From positions 160,706,001 to 160,770,000 of the forward strand of contig NC_086097.1 in the NCBI RefSeq assembly GCF_963921235.1: DNA of 64,000 nt, written 5' to 3'. Shown one piece after another: positions 24,443 through 36,590 of the stretch. The translations under genes and the position numbers were made by a program. Numbering within the stretch: the stretch's first letter is position 1; every line of letters starts with the position of its first letter. Below the pieces are notes generated by a model. The model made no database searches, had not been told where the DNA came from, and saw only the letters and a program-made list of their open reading frames with translations. Source of the stretch: Mobula hypostoma (Eukaryota).

Positions 24443-24992
24443 ACTAATCACAGAACTTCAGCCAAAAGAAGTAGCTTTGACCAGTAACCTTTCTTCTATG
24501 GGCTAGCCAGTTCTGAATCCAAGCGGTCAGTCCACCATAGATCCCGTGCATCTTGATCTTCTGAATGAGCCTCCCGTGAGGGACCTGGTCAAACGTCTTA
24601 CTAAAATCCATGTAAACACCACCCATAGCTCTACCTTCATTAATCACCCTTGTTACCTCATCAAAAAAAAACTCAATCAAGTTAGTAAGACACGAGTTGC
24701 TATGCTGGTTGTCCCTAATTAGGCTGTTGTTTTCCAAAACCTCAAATCTTAACCCTGAGAATTTCTCTATAACTTCATAACCACTGGCATGATTCCAAGA
24801 TTATTCCTGGTTCCTTTTCTTGGATAATGGAAGAACTTTACGTACTCACCATTCCTCTGGAACCTCATCTGTGGCTAGGAAGGAGAGCAAACTCTCTCCT
24901 GCCTGTCTCAGTAGCCTGGGATATATACCACCAGGCTCTCGGAACGTAACTAGTTTAATGCTCTTTAAGAGACCCAACATTATCTCTGTGGC

Positions 24993-25480
24993 ACACCTGC
25001 TCCCTCACTACCATTCAGGGCCCCAAACAGTTGTTCCAGGTGAAGCGATACATCACCTGTGAGTCTGTTGGGGTCATCTACTGTATTTGGTGCTCCCAGC
25101 CTGGCCTCCTATACATCAGTGAGACCCAACATAGATTGGAATACTACTTCGCTGAACACCTACGCTCCGTCTGCCAGAAAAAGCAGGATCTCCTGGTGGC
25201 TACCCACTTCAATTCTACTTCCCATTTCCATTCTAACTTGTCAGTCCATGACCTCCTCTACTGTCACGATGAGGCCACACAGGTTGGAGGAGCAGTACCA
25301 GTTTCACCTATCACCTACCTGTTTGTACTACTTCCTCCCCTCCCCCCACCTTCTTCCTCTAAATTCTCATCTCTTTTCCAGTCCTGATGAAAGGTCCTGG
25401 CCCGAAATGTCGACTGTTTACTTTTTTCCATAAATGTCGCCTGGCCTGCTGAGTTCCTCCAGCATTTTGTGTGGGTTACT
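24993..25480 (+). mobile_element. PLE 3' fragment (GIY-YIG + HHR), internally deleted
   Basis: IYCIWCSQPGLLYISETQHRL. Motif CAGTC-CTGATGA-AAGGTCCTGGCCC-GAAA-TGTC-GACTG at about 25379-25417. Confidence 0.8.
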
Positions 25481-25914
25481 TCCTCTTCCTTTACCTTAAA
25501 AATGGCCTAGCATATCAATATATTCAGCTTCCTTCTGCTTGGTAAATACTGATGTAAAGTACTCATTAAGGACCTTCCTTATCCGAGCAAATGTTCTTCC
25601 CACCCTTCCTTGAGTGGCCCAACCCACTCCCTGGTTATCTTCCTTGCCCTTGATTTATGTACAGAATGCTTTGGGATTCTCTTTAATCCTCCTTGCCAAG
25701 GACGTATCATGAAACCTCCTTTGAATTCTGAATTCTCTTCCTGGATTCTTTATAATCCTCAAGGGCTCTGTTTGATTCCAGCTTCCTAAAGTTTTACATA
25801 CTCTTCCTTTTTCCTCTGGTCGAAATTCATCACCTCTCTCACCATCCAAGGTTTTCTTACATTGCCAACATTTTTCTTTACTTACTGGAACATACCTGTC
25901 CTGTACTCTGTGCA

Positions 25915-27675
25915 CAAACAAGAGAAAATCTGCAGATGCTGGAAATCCAAGCAACACACACACAAAATACTGGAGGAACTGAGCAGGCCAGACAGCATCT
26001 ATGAAAACAAATACAGTCAACATTTCAGGCCAAGACCCTTCAGTGGGAATGAAGGAATGGAGAAATAAAGATGAGTAGATTTAAAAGGGGAGGGGAGGGA
26101 GAAACTCAGAGATAGTACAATAGACTTTTTGGGCCAAGCCTCTTCCTCAGAACTGGGGAAAAAAATGACGAGTCAATAAGAAGGTGGAGGAATTAGAGGA
26201 AGAAACACAAGGTGATAGGTGAAACCAGGAGTGGAGGGGTGAAGTAAAGAGCTGAATTTGATTGGTGAGAGACACAGGGCTGGAGAAGTGGGGAGTCTGT
26301 TAGGAAAGGACGGAAGGCCATGGAAGAAAGGGGGAGGAGTACCAAAGGGAGGCGATGGGCAGGTAAGGAGATAAAGTGAGAGGGAAACGGGAATGGTAAA
26401 GGGGGTGAGGACACATAATCGGAAGTTCAAGAAGTTGATGTTCATGCCATCAGGTTGGAGGCTACCCAGATGGAATATAAGGTGTTGTTCCTACCACTTG
26501 AGTGTGGCCTCATTGTGACAGTAGAAGAGGGCATGGATTGGCATGTTGAAATGGGAATGGGAAGTGGAATTAAAAAAGGTGGCCACTGGGAGATCCCGCT
26601 TTTTCTGGCGGATGAAGTGTAGGTGCTCGACGAAGCAATTTCCTAGTCTACGTCAGGTCTCACCAATATATAGAGGCCACACGGAGAGCACCGGACACAT
26701 TTTATGACCAACAGACTCGCAGGTGAAATGTCACCTCACCTGGAAGAACTGTTTGGGTCCCTGAATGGTAGTGAAGAAGGAAGTGTAGGGGCAGTTGTAG
26801 TACTTGCTCCACTTGCAAGAATAAGTGCCAGGAGGGAGATCGATGGGGAGGGATGAGTAGACAAGGGAGTCGTGTAGTGAGCAATCCCTCATGAAAGCAG
26901 AAAGGGGAAGGAGGGAAAGATGTGCGTGGTGGTGGGAACCCGTTGAAGATGGGGGAAGTTACAAAGAATTATGTGCTGGTCTTAGAGGCTGGTAGGGTGG
27001 TAGGTGAGGACAAGAGGAATCGAATCACTGGTGATGTGGCGGGAGGATGGAGTGAGAGCAGACATGTGTGAATGGAAGAAATGCAGTTGAGGGCAGCATT
27101 GATGGTGGAGGTAGGGAAGCCCCCTTCTTTGAAAAGAAGGACATCTTTGTTCTGGAATGAAAAGCCTCAACCTGAGAGCCGATGTGGCGGAGACTGAGGA
27201 ATTGAGAGAAGGGGTGATGTTTTTACAGGTAACGGTGGGAAGAGGTATAGTCCATGTAGCTGTGAAAGTCCATGGGTTTATAATAGACATCAGCACATAG
27301 GCTGACTCCAGAGATAGCGACAGTGAGATTGAGAAAAGGAAGGGCGGTGTCGGAAATGGACCGGGTAAATTTGAGGGCAAGGTAGAAGTTGGAGGCAAAG
27401 TGGATGAAGTTGACAAGTTTAGCATGGATGCAGGAAGCAGTACCAATGTAGTCATCGATGTAGTGTAGGAAAAGTGGGGGATGGACACCAATGCAGTCTT
27501 GGAACATAGACTGTTCCACATAGCTGACAAAAAGGCAGGCATAGCTGTGACCCATGCAAGTGCCCATGGCTACACTATTTTGAGAAGGAAGTAGGAGGAG
27601 CCGTAGGATAAATTATTAAGAGTGAGGGCAAGTTCCACTAGACAGAGGAGAGTAGTGATGGAGGGGAGCTGGTTA
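25915..27675 (-). mobile_element. Older PLE (RT + GIY-YIG) with partially duplicated terminus
   Basis: MGTCMGHSYACLFV, LHYIDDYIG, YYKPMD. Two decayed HHR-like segments at about 26015-26050 and 26115-26155. Confidence 0.85.
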
Positions 27676-30644
27676 CGCTATGTCTGGTTGCACTCAGACA
27701 GTCACAGTTTATATTAGAGAAGTTGACAACAACCTTATTGTTTTTACATCTTTCATTTATCTGCCTGCATATCTGTTCCTCAATGTCCTGGTGGGTATTG
27801 TAGGGTCTGTAATACAATTCCATCAGTGATGGCACCCCTCCTATTTTAGAGTTCTACCCATATTGATTCAGTGGATGAGCCCTCCGTTGTGTCCCCTATG
27901 GGTGAAGCTGTGATGTTATCCCTGATTAGTAGTGCAACTCCCTCTTTTACTTCCCTCTGTCTTTTCTGAAACATCAAGACTGTGGGACATTGAGTGCACA
28001 TTAGTGTCCCTCTCAACTAAGTCTCTGTATTGGCTGCAACATCATAATTCCCTGTATCGATCTTTGCTCTTAAATTCATCACATTTACTCATAAATACTC
28101 AAAGCATTAAAATAGATCAAGCTATCCATCCCATCATATCTGTGACTTTACTCCTGCCTCTTTTTTTTTTACATGCCCTCACATCTACCTTCCTCTCCAT
28201 CCTCCATCATTTCTGATTTCATGTTTGATTCCCATCCCACTGACAAACTAGTTTAAACCCTCCCAACTAGCATGAGCAAACCTCCCAGCCAGGTTCTTGG
28301 TTTCCCTTCCAGTTTAGGTGCAAGCTGTCCCTTTTATACAGGTCAATATTGCCCCAAAAAAGGTTCCAATTATCCAAGAACCTGAAATCCTGCCCCCGCA
28401 TCAGTTCCTCAGCCATTCATTCAAATGTATTATCATCCTACTCCTGCCCTGAATAGCATATGATACTGTGATCCAGGGATTCTTGCAACCGTCTGTGATC
28501 TCTACAAATTTGCTCCTCTAATTCTCGCTGGCTTTTCTGTGGTCTATAATGTAATGCCGTTAATGTAATCATCCCTTTCTTCATCAGTTCCACCCATTTA
28601 GCCTCTCCAGTCTGTCTTGTCTGAGCACTGTTGTGCTGTTTTCCCTGACTAGTTAAACCAACCTTCCTATTTAATCCCTTGCCCTTTATTACATCTAAAA
28701 CAGTTGAACTCCAGAACATTGAGCTGCCAGATCTCCTGCAACCCACTCTCACTAATGGCTACAATGTCATAATTCCACATGCTGATCCATGCCCTAAGCT
28801 TGTCCGCCTTTCCTATAATACTACTTGCATCAAAATACAGTGGAAACTTGTTAATTGGGACACATAAGAACACAAGAACAGAAGGAATAGGAGTAGGAGT
28901 AGGCCATCTGGCTCCTCAAGCCTACTCGGTCATGAGTAATACCATGTCTAATCTGGCCATGGACTCATTTCCACCTACCTGTCTTTTCCCCATAACTCTT
29001 AATTCCCTTACTATGCAAAAATTTGTCCAACCTTGTCTTAAATATATTTACTGAGGTAGCCTTTACTGCTTCATTAGGCAAAGAATTCCACTGATTCAGC
29101 ACTCTCAAGGAAAAGCAGTTCCTCCTCTTCTCCATCCTAAATCTATTGCCCCGAATCTTGAGACTATGTCCCCTAGTTCCAGTCTCGCCTTCCAGTGGAG
29201 ACAACCTTCCTGCCTCTATTTTATCTATCCCTTTCATAATTTCATGTTTCTTTTAGATTTTCTCTCATTCTTCTGAATTCCAGTGAGTACAGTGCCAGGC
29301 GTCTCAATCTCTCCTCATATTCTAACCCCCTCATCTTTGGAATTAACTCCTCTGCACCACCTCCAAAACCAGTATATTCTTCAAGTAAGGAGACCAGAAG
29401 TGCACACAGTACTCTCAAGTACCAGATGCAGCCTCTCAAGTACCCTGTACAGTTGCAGCATAACTTCCCTGCTCTTAAATTCATTTCCTCACACAATGAA
29501 GGCCAGCATTCTATTTGTCTTCCCGATAGCCTGCTGCACCTGTAAACCAACCTTTGGTGATTCATGCACTAGCTCTACCAAGTCCCTCTGCACAGCAGCA
29601 TGCTGAAATATTTTAGTATTTAAATAATAATCTGTTCTTTCATTTTTCCTTCCAAAGTGGATGACCTCATATTTACCAACATTATACTCCATCTGCTAGA
29701 CCCTTGCCCTCTCACTTAACCAACTAATCTCTGCAGACTCTCCGTACTTCTGCACAATTTGCTTTTCCACTCAACTTAGTATCATCAGCAAACTTGGATA
29801 CGCTACACTCTGTCCCCTCTTCTGGATCGTTAATGTATATTGTGAACAGTTGTCATCCTAGCACCAACCCCTGCGGCACACTGCTCACCACTGATTGCCA
29901 ACCAGAGTATCACCCGTGTATCCCAATTCTCTGCATCCTTACCTTATGGGTAAGTCTTTTATGTGGCACCTTATCGACCACCTTCTGGAAATCCAAGAAA
30001 ATAACGTCCGTCTGTTCCCCTCTATCTACTACGCTCGTTATATCCTCAGAGAACTCCTGTAAGTTTGTCAAACAGGACCGGCCTTTGCTGAGTCCATGCT
30101 GTGTCTGCCTGATGGATTCATTTCTTTCCAGATGCCTCGCTACTACTTCTTTGATGATAGCTTCAAGCATTTTCCCAACTGCAGATGTTAAACTGGCCTT
30201 TTGCCTACATCCTTTTTTGAACAGTGGTGTGACATTCGCAATCTTCCAAACTGCTGGGACCTGCCCTGAGTCCAAAGAATTTTGGTAAATCATCATCAAA
30301 GCGTCTATTATAATTTTTTCCATTTCTTTCAGTACCCTGGGATGCATTTCATCAAGACCAGGGGACTTGTCTATCTTCAGGCCCACAAGCTTTCTCAGTA
30401 CTACCTCTTTAGTGGTAGCTATTATATCGAGGTCCTCACCTCCTATTGCATCCATAATATCTCTCTTTGGCATGTTAGATGTGTCCTCCGCCATGAAGAT
30501 CAACACAAAATAGTCATTCAAAGCCTCAGCCATTTCCTCATTATCCAATATCAATTACTCTTTCTTGTCTTCCAAGGAGCCTACATTCACTTTAGCCACC
30601 CTTTTCGGCTTTATATAATTACAAAAACTTGTATTATCCCTTTT

Positions 30645-31921
30645 AACACACATCAAAGTTGCTGGTAGACGCAGCAGGCCAGGCAGCATTTCTAGGAAGA
30701 GGTACAGTCGACATTTCAGGCCGAGACCCTTCGTCAGGACTAACTGAAGGAAGAGCTAGTAAGAGATTTGAAAGTGGGAGGGGGAGGGGGAGATCCAAAA
30801 TGATAGGAGAAGACAGGAGGGGGAGGGATGGAGCCAAGAGCTGGACAGGTGATTGGCAAAAGGGATATGAGAGGATCATGGGACAGGAGGCCCAGGGAGA
30901 AAGACAAGGGGGGGGGTTAACCCAGAGGATGGGCAAGGGGTATAGTCAGAGGGACAGAGTGAGAAAAAGGAGAGTGAGAGAAAGAATGTGTGTATAAAAA
31001 TAAATAACGGATGGAGTACGAGGGGGAGGTGGGGCATTAGCAGAAGTTAGAGAAGTCAATGTTCATGCCATCAGGTTGGAGGCTACCCAGATGAAATATA
31101 AGGTGGTGTTCCTCCAACCTGAGTGTGGCTTCATCTTTACAGTAGAGGAGGCCGTGGATAGACATGTCAGAATGGGAATGGGATGTGGAATTAAAATGTG
31201 TGGCCACTGGGAGATCCTGCTTTCTCTGGCAGTCAGAGCATAGGTGTTCAGCAAAGCGGTCTCCCAGTCTGCGTCGGGTCTTGCCAATATATAGAAGGCC
31301 ACATCGGGAGCACCTGACGCAGTATATCACCCAGCGGACTCACAGGTGAAGTGTCGCCTCACCTGGAAGGACTGTCTGGGGCCCTGAATGGTGGTAAGGG
31401 AGGAAGTGTAAGGGTATGTGTAGCACTTGTTCCGCTTACAAGGATAAGTGCCAGGAAGGAGATCAGTGGGGAGGGATGGGGGGGACGAATGGACAAGGGA
31501 GTCGCATAGGGAGCGATCTTTGCTGAAAGTGGGGGGGGGGAGGGAAAGATGTGCTTAGTGGTGGGATCCCGTTGGAGGTGGCGGAAGTTACGGAGAATAA
31601 TATGTTGGACCCTGCGGCTGGTGGGGTGGTAGGTGAGGACCAGTGGAACCCTATTCCTAGTGGGGTGGCAGGAGGATGGAGTGAGAGCAGATGTGCGTGA
31701 AATGGGGGAGATGCATTTGAGAGCAGAGTTGATGATGGAGGAAGGGAAGCCCCTTTCTTTAAAAAAAGGAGGACTTCTCCCTCGTCCTGGAATGAAAAGT
31801 CTCATCTTGAGAGCAGGTACGGCGGAGGAATTGCGAGAAGGGGATGGCATTTTTGCAAGAGGCAGGGTGAGAAGAGGAATAGTCCAGATAGCTGTGAGAG
31901 TCAGTAGGCTTATAGTAGACA
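30645..31921 (-). mobile_element. 5'-truncated PLE lacking the terminal ~35-nt tail
   Basis: GIY-YIG ORF 31037-31330 and RT thumb. Starts at AACACAC. TSD TATTATCCCTTTT/TATTATCTCTTTT at 30632-30644 and 31922-31934. Confidence 0.9.
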
Positions 31922-34900
31922 TATTATCTCTTTTTATATTTTGTGGTAGTTTATTTTCATAATCTAACTCCCCTTTCTTTATTGCTCACTTAGTGGCACT
32001 GTTGCTTATTAAAATTTTCTCAATCTTCCAGTTTCCCACTACTCTTGGCGACTTTGTATGCACAAGCTTTTAGTTTGGTGCCTTCTTTTATTTCCCTAGT
32101 TATCCAAGGCTGGCTCTCCCCAGCCTTGCAGTCCTTGCTTTTAACTGGAATATACTTCTGTCGAGCACTGAAAAATCTCTTTGAAAATCTTCCACTGTTC
32201 CTCAACTGTCCCACCATATAGCCTGTGTTCCCAATCATCAACACTAGCCAAATCCTCCCAATCCCGTTGTTGTAGTCTCCATTGTTTAGCCATAATACAC
32301 TGGTTTTAGATAGAACTATTGCACCCTCCACTTGTATGAGAAATTCAGTCATACTGTGATCACTCTTTCCAGGAGGATCCCTAACTACAACATCACTAAT
32401 TTTGCCTGTCTCATTGCACAGGGCCAGATCTAAGATAGCACGTCCCCTTTAGGTTCAGTAACATGCTGTTCAAGAAAGCCATCACGGATGCACTCTGAAG
32501 TTCTCCTCAAGACTGCCTCAACCAGCTTGATTCACCCAATCTATGTTCAAGTTAGTCCTTCATGATAATTGCTGTTCCATTCTTACATGCGTCAGATATT
32601 TCTGTGCATCTGGTCAGGGAGAGTGAGGAGGTGATAGAGAGGAGCTATAGGCAGGTAGTCACATCAGGGCCTGGTGAGACAGATAAGGGGGTAACAGTCA
32701 AGAGAGGGAAGGGCAGGAGTCAGAGGCTAGATAGCACCCCTGTGGCTGTACCCCTTGACAATAAGTACTCCTGCTTGAGTACTGTTGGGGGGAACGGCCT
32801 ACCTGGGGGAAGCAACAGTGGCTGCGCCTCTGGCACAGAGTCTAGCCCTGTGGCTCAGAAGGGTAGGGAAAGGAAGAGGACGGCAGCGGTGATAGGAGAC
32901 TCTATAGTTAGGGGGTCATACAGGAGATTCTGTGGATGCAGGAAAGAAACACGGATGGTAGTTTGCCTCTTAGGTGCCATGGTCTGGGATGCTTCTGATC
33001 ATGTCCAAGATGTCCTGAAGTGAGAAGGAGAACAGCCAGAGGTTGTGGTACATATTGGTACCAACGACATGTCGGAAAAGGGAGGAGGTCCTGAAACCAG
33101 ACTACAGGGAGTTAGGAAGGAAGTTAGGAAACAGGACCACAAAAGTAGTCATCCGGGATTACTGCCTGTGCCACATGACAGTGAGTATAAGAATAGAGTG
33201 AGGTGGAGGATAAATGCGTGGCTGAGGGATTGGAGCAGGGGGCAGGGATTCAGATTCCTGGATCATTATGACCTCTTTTGGGGCAGATGTGACCTGTAGA
33301 AAAAGGACGGGTTGTACTTGAATCCCAGGGGGACCAATATCCTGGCAGGGAGGTTTATAAGGCTACTGGGGAGAGTTTAAACTAGGATTGCTGGGGGGGT
33401 GGGCGGTGGGTGGGAACCAAACTGAAGAGATGGTTAGCTCACCAATAGAGAAAGCTTGGAGACAGTGCGAGTGGGAGGATAGGTAGGTGTTAGAGAAGGG
33501 ACATGTTCAGACCGATGGTTTCAGGGGTGTTTATTTTAATGCAAAGAGTATTATGAACAAAGCGGATGAGCTTAGAGCATGGATCGGTACTTGGAGCTAT
33601 GATGTTATGGCCATTACAGAGACTTGGATGGTTCAGGGGCAGGAGTGGTTACTTCAAGTGCCAGGCTATAGGTGTTTCAGAAAGGACAGGTAGGGAGGCA
33701 AAAGAGGTGGGGGCGTGGCACTGTTGATCAGAGATGGTGTGACAGCTGTAGAAAAGAAGGAAGACATGAAGGGATTGTCTACGGAGTCTCTGTGGGTGGA
33801 AGTTAGGAACAGGAAGGAGTCAATAAAAAGCTGTCTGTTTTTATAGACCACCCAATAGTAACAGGGACATTCAGGAGCGGGTAGGGAGACAGATTCTGGA
33901 AAGGTGGGATAATAACAGGGTTGTCGTGGTGGGAGATCTTAATTTCCCAAATATTGATTGGCATGTCCCGAGAGTGACGGGTTTAGATGTGGTGGAGTTT
34001 GTTAGGTGTGTTCAAGAAGGTTTGTCGACACAATATGTAGATAAGTCTACAAGAGGAGATGCTGTACTTCATCTGGTATTGGGAAATAAACCTGGTCAGG
34101 TGTCAGATCTGTCAGTGGGAGAGCATTTTGGAGATGGTGATCGCAACTCTATCTCCTTTACCAGAGCAATAGGAACAGACAAGTTAGGAAAGCGTTTAAT
34201 TGGAGTAAGGGAAAATATGAGGCTATTAGGCAGGAACTTGGAAGCATAAATTGGAAACAGATGTTCTCAGGAAAATGTACGGAAGAAATGTGGCAAATGT
34301 TCACGGGATATTTGCGTGGAGTTCTGCATAGGTATGTTCCAATGAGACAGGGAAAGGATGGTAGGGTACATGAACTGTGGTGTAGAAAAGCTGTTGTAAC
34401 TCTAGTCAAGAAGAAAGGAAGAGCTTACAAAAGGTTCAAAAAGCTAGGTAATGATAGAGATCTAGAAGATTATAAGGCTAGCAGGAAGGAGCTCAAGAAA
34501 GAAATCAGGAGAGCCAGAAGGGGCCATGAGAAGGCCTTGGCGAACAGGATTAAGGAAGACCCCAAGGCATTCTACAAGTATGTTAAGAGCAAGAGGATAA
34601 GACGTGAGAGAAGAGGACCAATCAAGTGTGACAGTGAAAAAGTGTGTATGGAACCGGAGGAGATAGTAGAAGTACTTAATGAATACTTTGCTTCAGTATT
34701 CACTACGGTAAAGGATCTTGGTGATTGTAGAGATGACTTATACCGGACTGAAAAGCTTGAGCATATAGACATTAAGAAAGAGGATTTGCTGGAGCTTTTG
34801 GGAAGCATCAAGTTGGATAAGTCACCAGGACCGGACAAGATGTACCACAGGCTACTGTGGGAAGCGAAGGAGGAGATTGCTGAACCTCTGGCGATGATCT

Positions 34901-35106
34901 TTGCGTCATCAATGGGGATGGGAGAGGTTCCAGAGGATTGGAGGTTTGCGGATGTTGTTCTATTATTCAAGAAAGGGAGTAGAGATAGCCCAGGAAATTA
35001 TAGACCTGTGAGCCTTACTTCAGTGGTTGGTAAGTTGATGGAGAACATCCTGAGAGGCAGGATTTATGAACATTTGGAGAAGCATAATATGATTAGGAAT
35101 AGTCAG

Positions 35107-35391
35107 GCAACACACATCAAAGTTGCTGGTGAACGCAGCAGGCCAGGCAGCATCTGTAGTGACGAAGGGTCTCGGCCTGAAACGTCGACTGCACCTCTTC
35201 CTACAGAAGTCCTGATGAAGGGTCTCGGCCTGAAACGTCGACTGCACCTCTTCCTACAGAGTCCTGACGAAGGGTCTCGGCCTGAAACGTCGACTGCACC
35301 TCTTCCTACAGATGCTGCCTGGCCTGCTGCGTTCTCCAGCAACTTTGATGTGTGTTGCTTGAATTTCCAGCATCTGCAGAATTCCTGTTGT
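35107..35391 (+). mobile_element. PLE-derived mini-element: inverted repeat enclosing three tandem HHR units
   Basis: Perfect 14-bp TSD TTAGGAATAGTCAG at 35093-35106 and 35392-35405. Inverted repeat at 35107-35159 / 35306-35358. Confidence 0.92.
35160..35311 (+). ncRNA. Tandem minimal hammerhead ribozyme array (two complete motifs, one 5'-clipped)
   Basis: GAAA boxes at 35179, 35232 and 35284. CTGATGA at 35212-35218 and CTGACGA at 35264-35270. Each unit has GAAACGTC-GACT. Confidence 0.8.
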
Positions 35392-35427
35392 TTAGGAATA
35401 GTCAGCATGGCTTTGTGAAAGGCAGGT

Positions 35428-36590
35428 CATAGAAACATAGAAAATGGGTGCAGGAGTAGGCCATTCGGCCCTTTGAGCCTGCTCCGCCATTTATTATGAT
35501 CATGGCTGATCATCCAACTCAGAACCCTGCACCAGCCTTCCCTCCATACCCCCTGATCCCCGTAGCCACAAGGGCCATATCTAACTCCCTCTTAAATATA
35601 GCCAATGAACCGGCCTCAACTGTTTCCTGTGGCAGAGAATTCCACAGATTCACCACTCTCTGTGTGAAGAAGTTTTTCCTAATCTCAGTCCTAAAAGGCT
35701 TCCCCTTTATCCTCAAACTGTGACCCCTCGTTCTGGACTTCCCCAACATCGGGAACAATCTTCCTGCATCTAGCCTGTCCAATCCCTTTAGGATTTTATA
35801 CGTTTCAATCAGATCCCCCCTCAATCTTCTAAATTCCAACGAGTACAAGCCTAGTTCATCCAGTCTTTCTTCATATGAAAGTCCTGCCATCCCAGGAATC
35901 AATCTGGTGAACCTTCTTTGTACTCTCTCTATGGCAAGGATGTCTTTCCTCAGATTAGGGGACCAAAACTGCACACAATACTCCAGGTGTGGTCTCACCA
36001 AGGCCTTGTACAACTGCAGTAGTACCTCCCTGCTCCTGTACTCGAATCCTCTTGCTATAAATGCCAGCATACCATTCGCCTTTTTCACTGCCTGCTGTAC
36101 CTGCATGCCCACTTTCAATGACTGGGGTATAATGACACCCAGGTCTCGTGGCACCTCCCCTTTTCCTAATCAGCCACCATTCAGATAATAATTTGTTTTC
36201 CTGTTTTTGCCACCAAAGTGGATAACTTCACATTTATCCACATTAAATTGCATCTGCCATGAATTTGCCCACTCACCCAACCTATCCAAGTCACCCTGCA
36301 TCCTTTTAGCATCCTCCTCACAGCTAACACTGCCGCCCAGCTTCGTGTCATCCGCAAACTTGGAGATGCTGCATTTAATTTCCTCATCCAAGTCATTAAT
36401 ATATATTGTAAACAACTGGGGTCCCAGCACTGAGCCTTGCGGTACCCCGCTAGTCACCGCCTGCCATTCTGAAAAGGTCCTGTTTATTCCCACTCTTTGC
36501 TTCCTGTCTGCTAACCAATTCTCTATCCACATCAATACCCTACCCCCAATACCGTGTGCTTTAAGTTTGCACACTAATCTCCTGTGTGGG
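35428..36590 (-). mobile_element. Young 5'-truncated CR1, same subfamily as 7902-11002
   Basis: Near-identical reverse complement of about 9852-11008, with one frameshift near 36160. Flanked by TCAT at 35427-35430 and 36606-36609. Confidence 0.95.

Larger units (their letters stand above)
19873..28440 (-). mobile_element. Old near-full-length CR1 hosting five PLE insertions
   Basis: 3' tail (TAGAACA)n at 19873. RT at 23380-24990, linker at 25480-25910, EN at 27676-28130. ORF1 end (..LAGRFAHASWEGLN*) at 28248-28300. Confidence 0.8.

Noticed and set aside
35160..35311. CRISPR-like regularly spaced repeats
   Set aside because: The units are identical tandem copies with no unique spacers, derive from the PLE terminus, and sit in eukaryotic DNA with no cas genes.
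34261..35418. 385-aa ORF with a repeated novel C-terminus
   Set aside because: It is chance read-through from decayed CR1 ORF2 into the HHR cassette, and the RT core is truncated.
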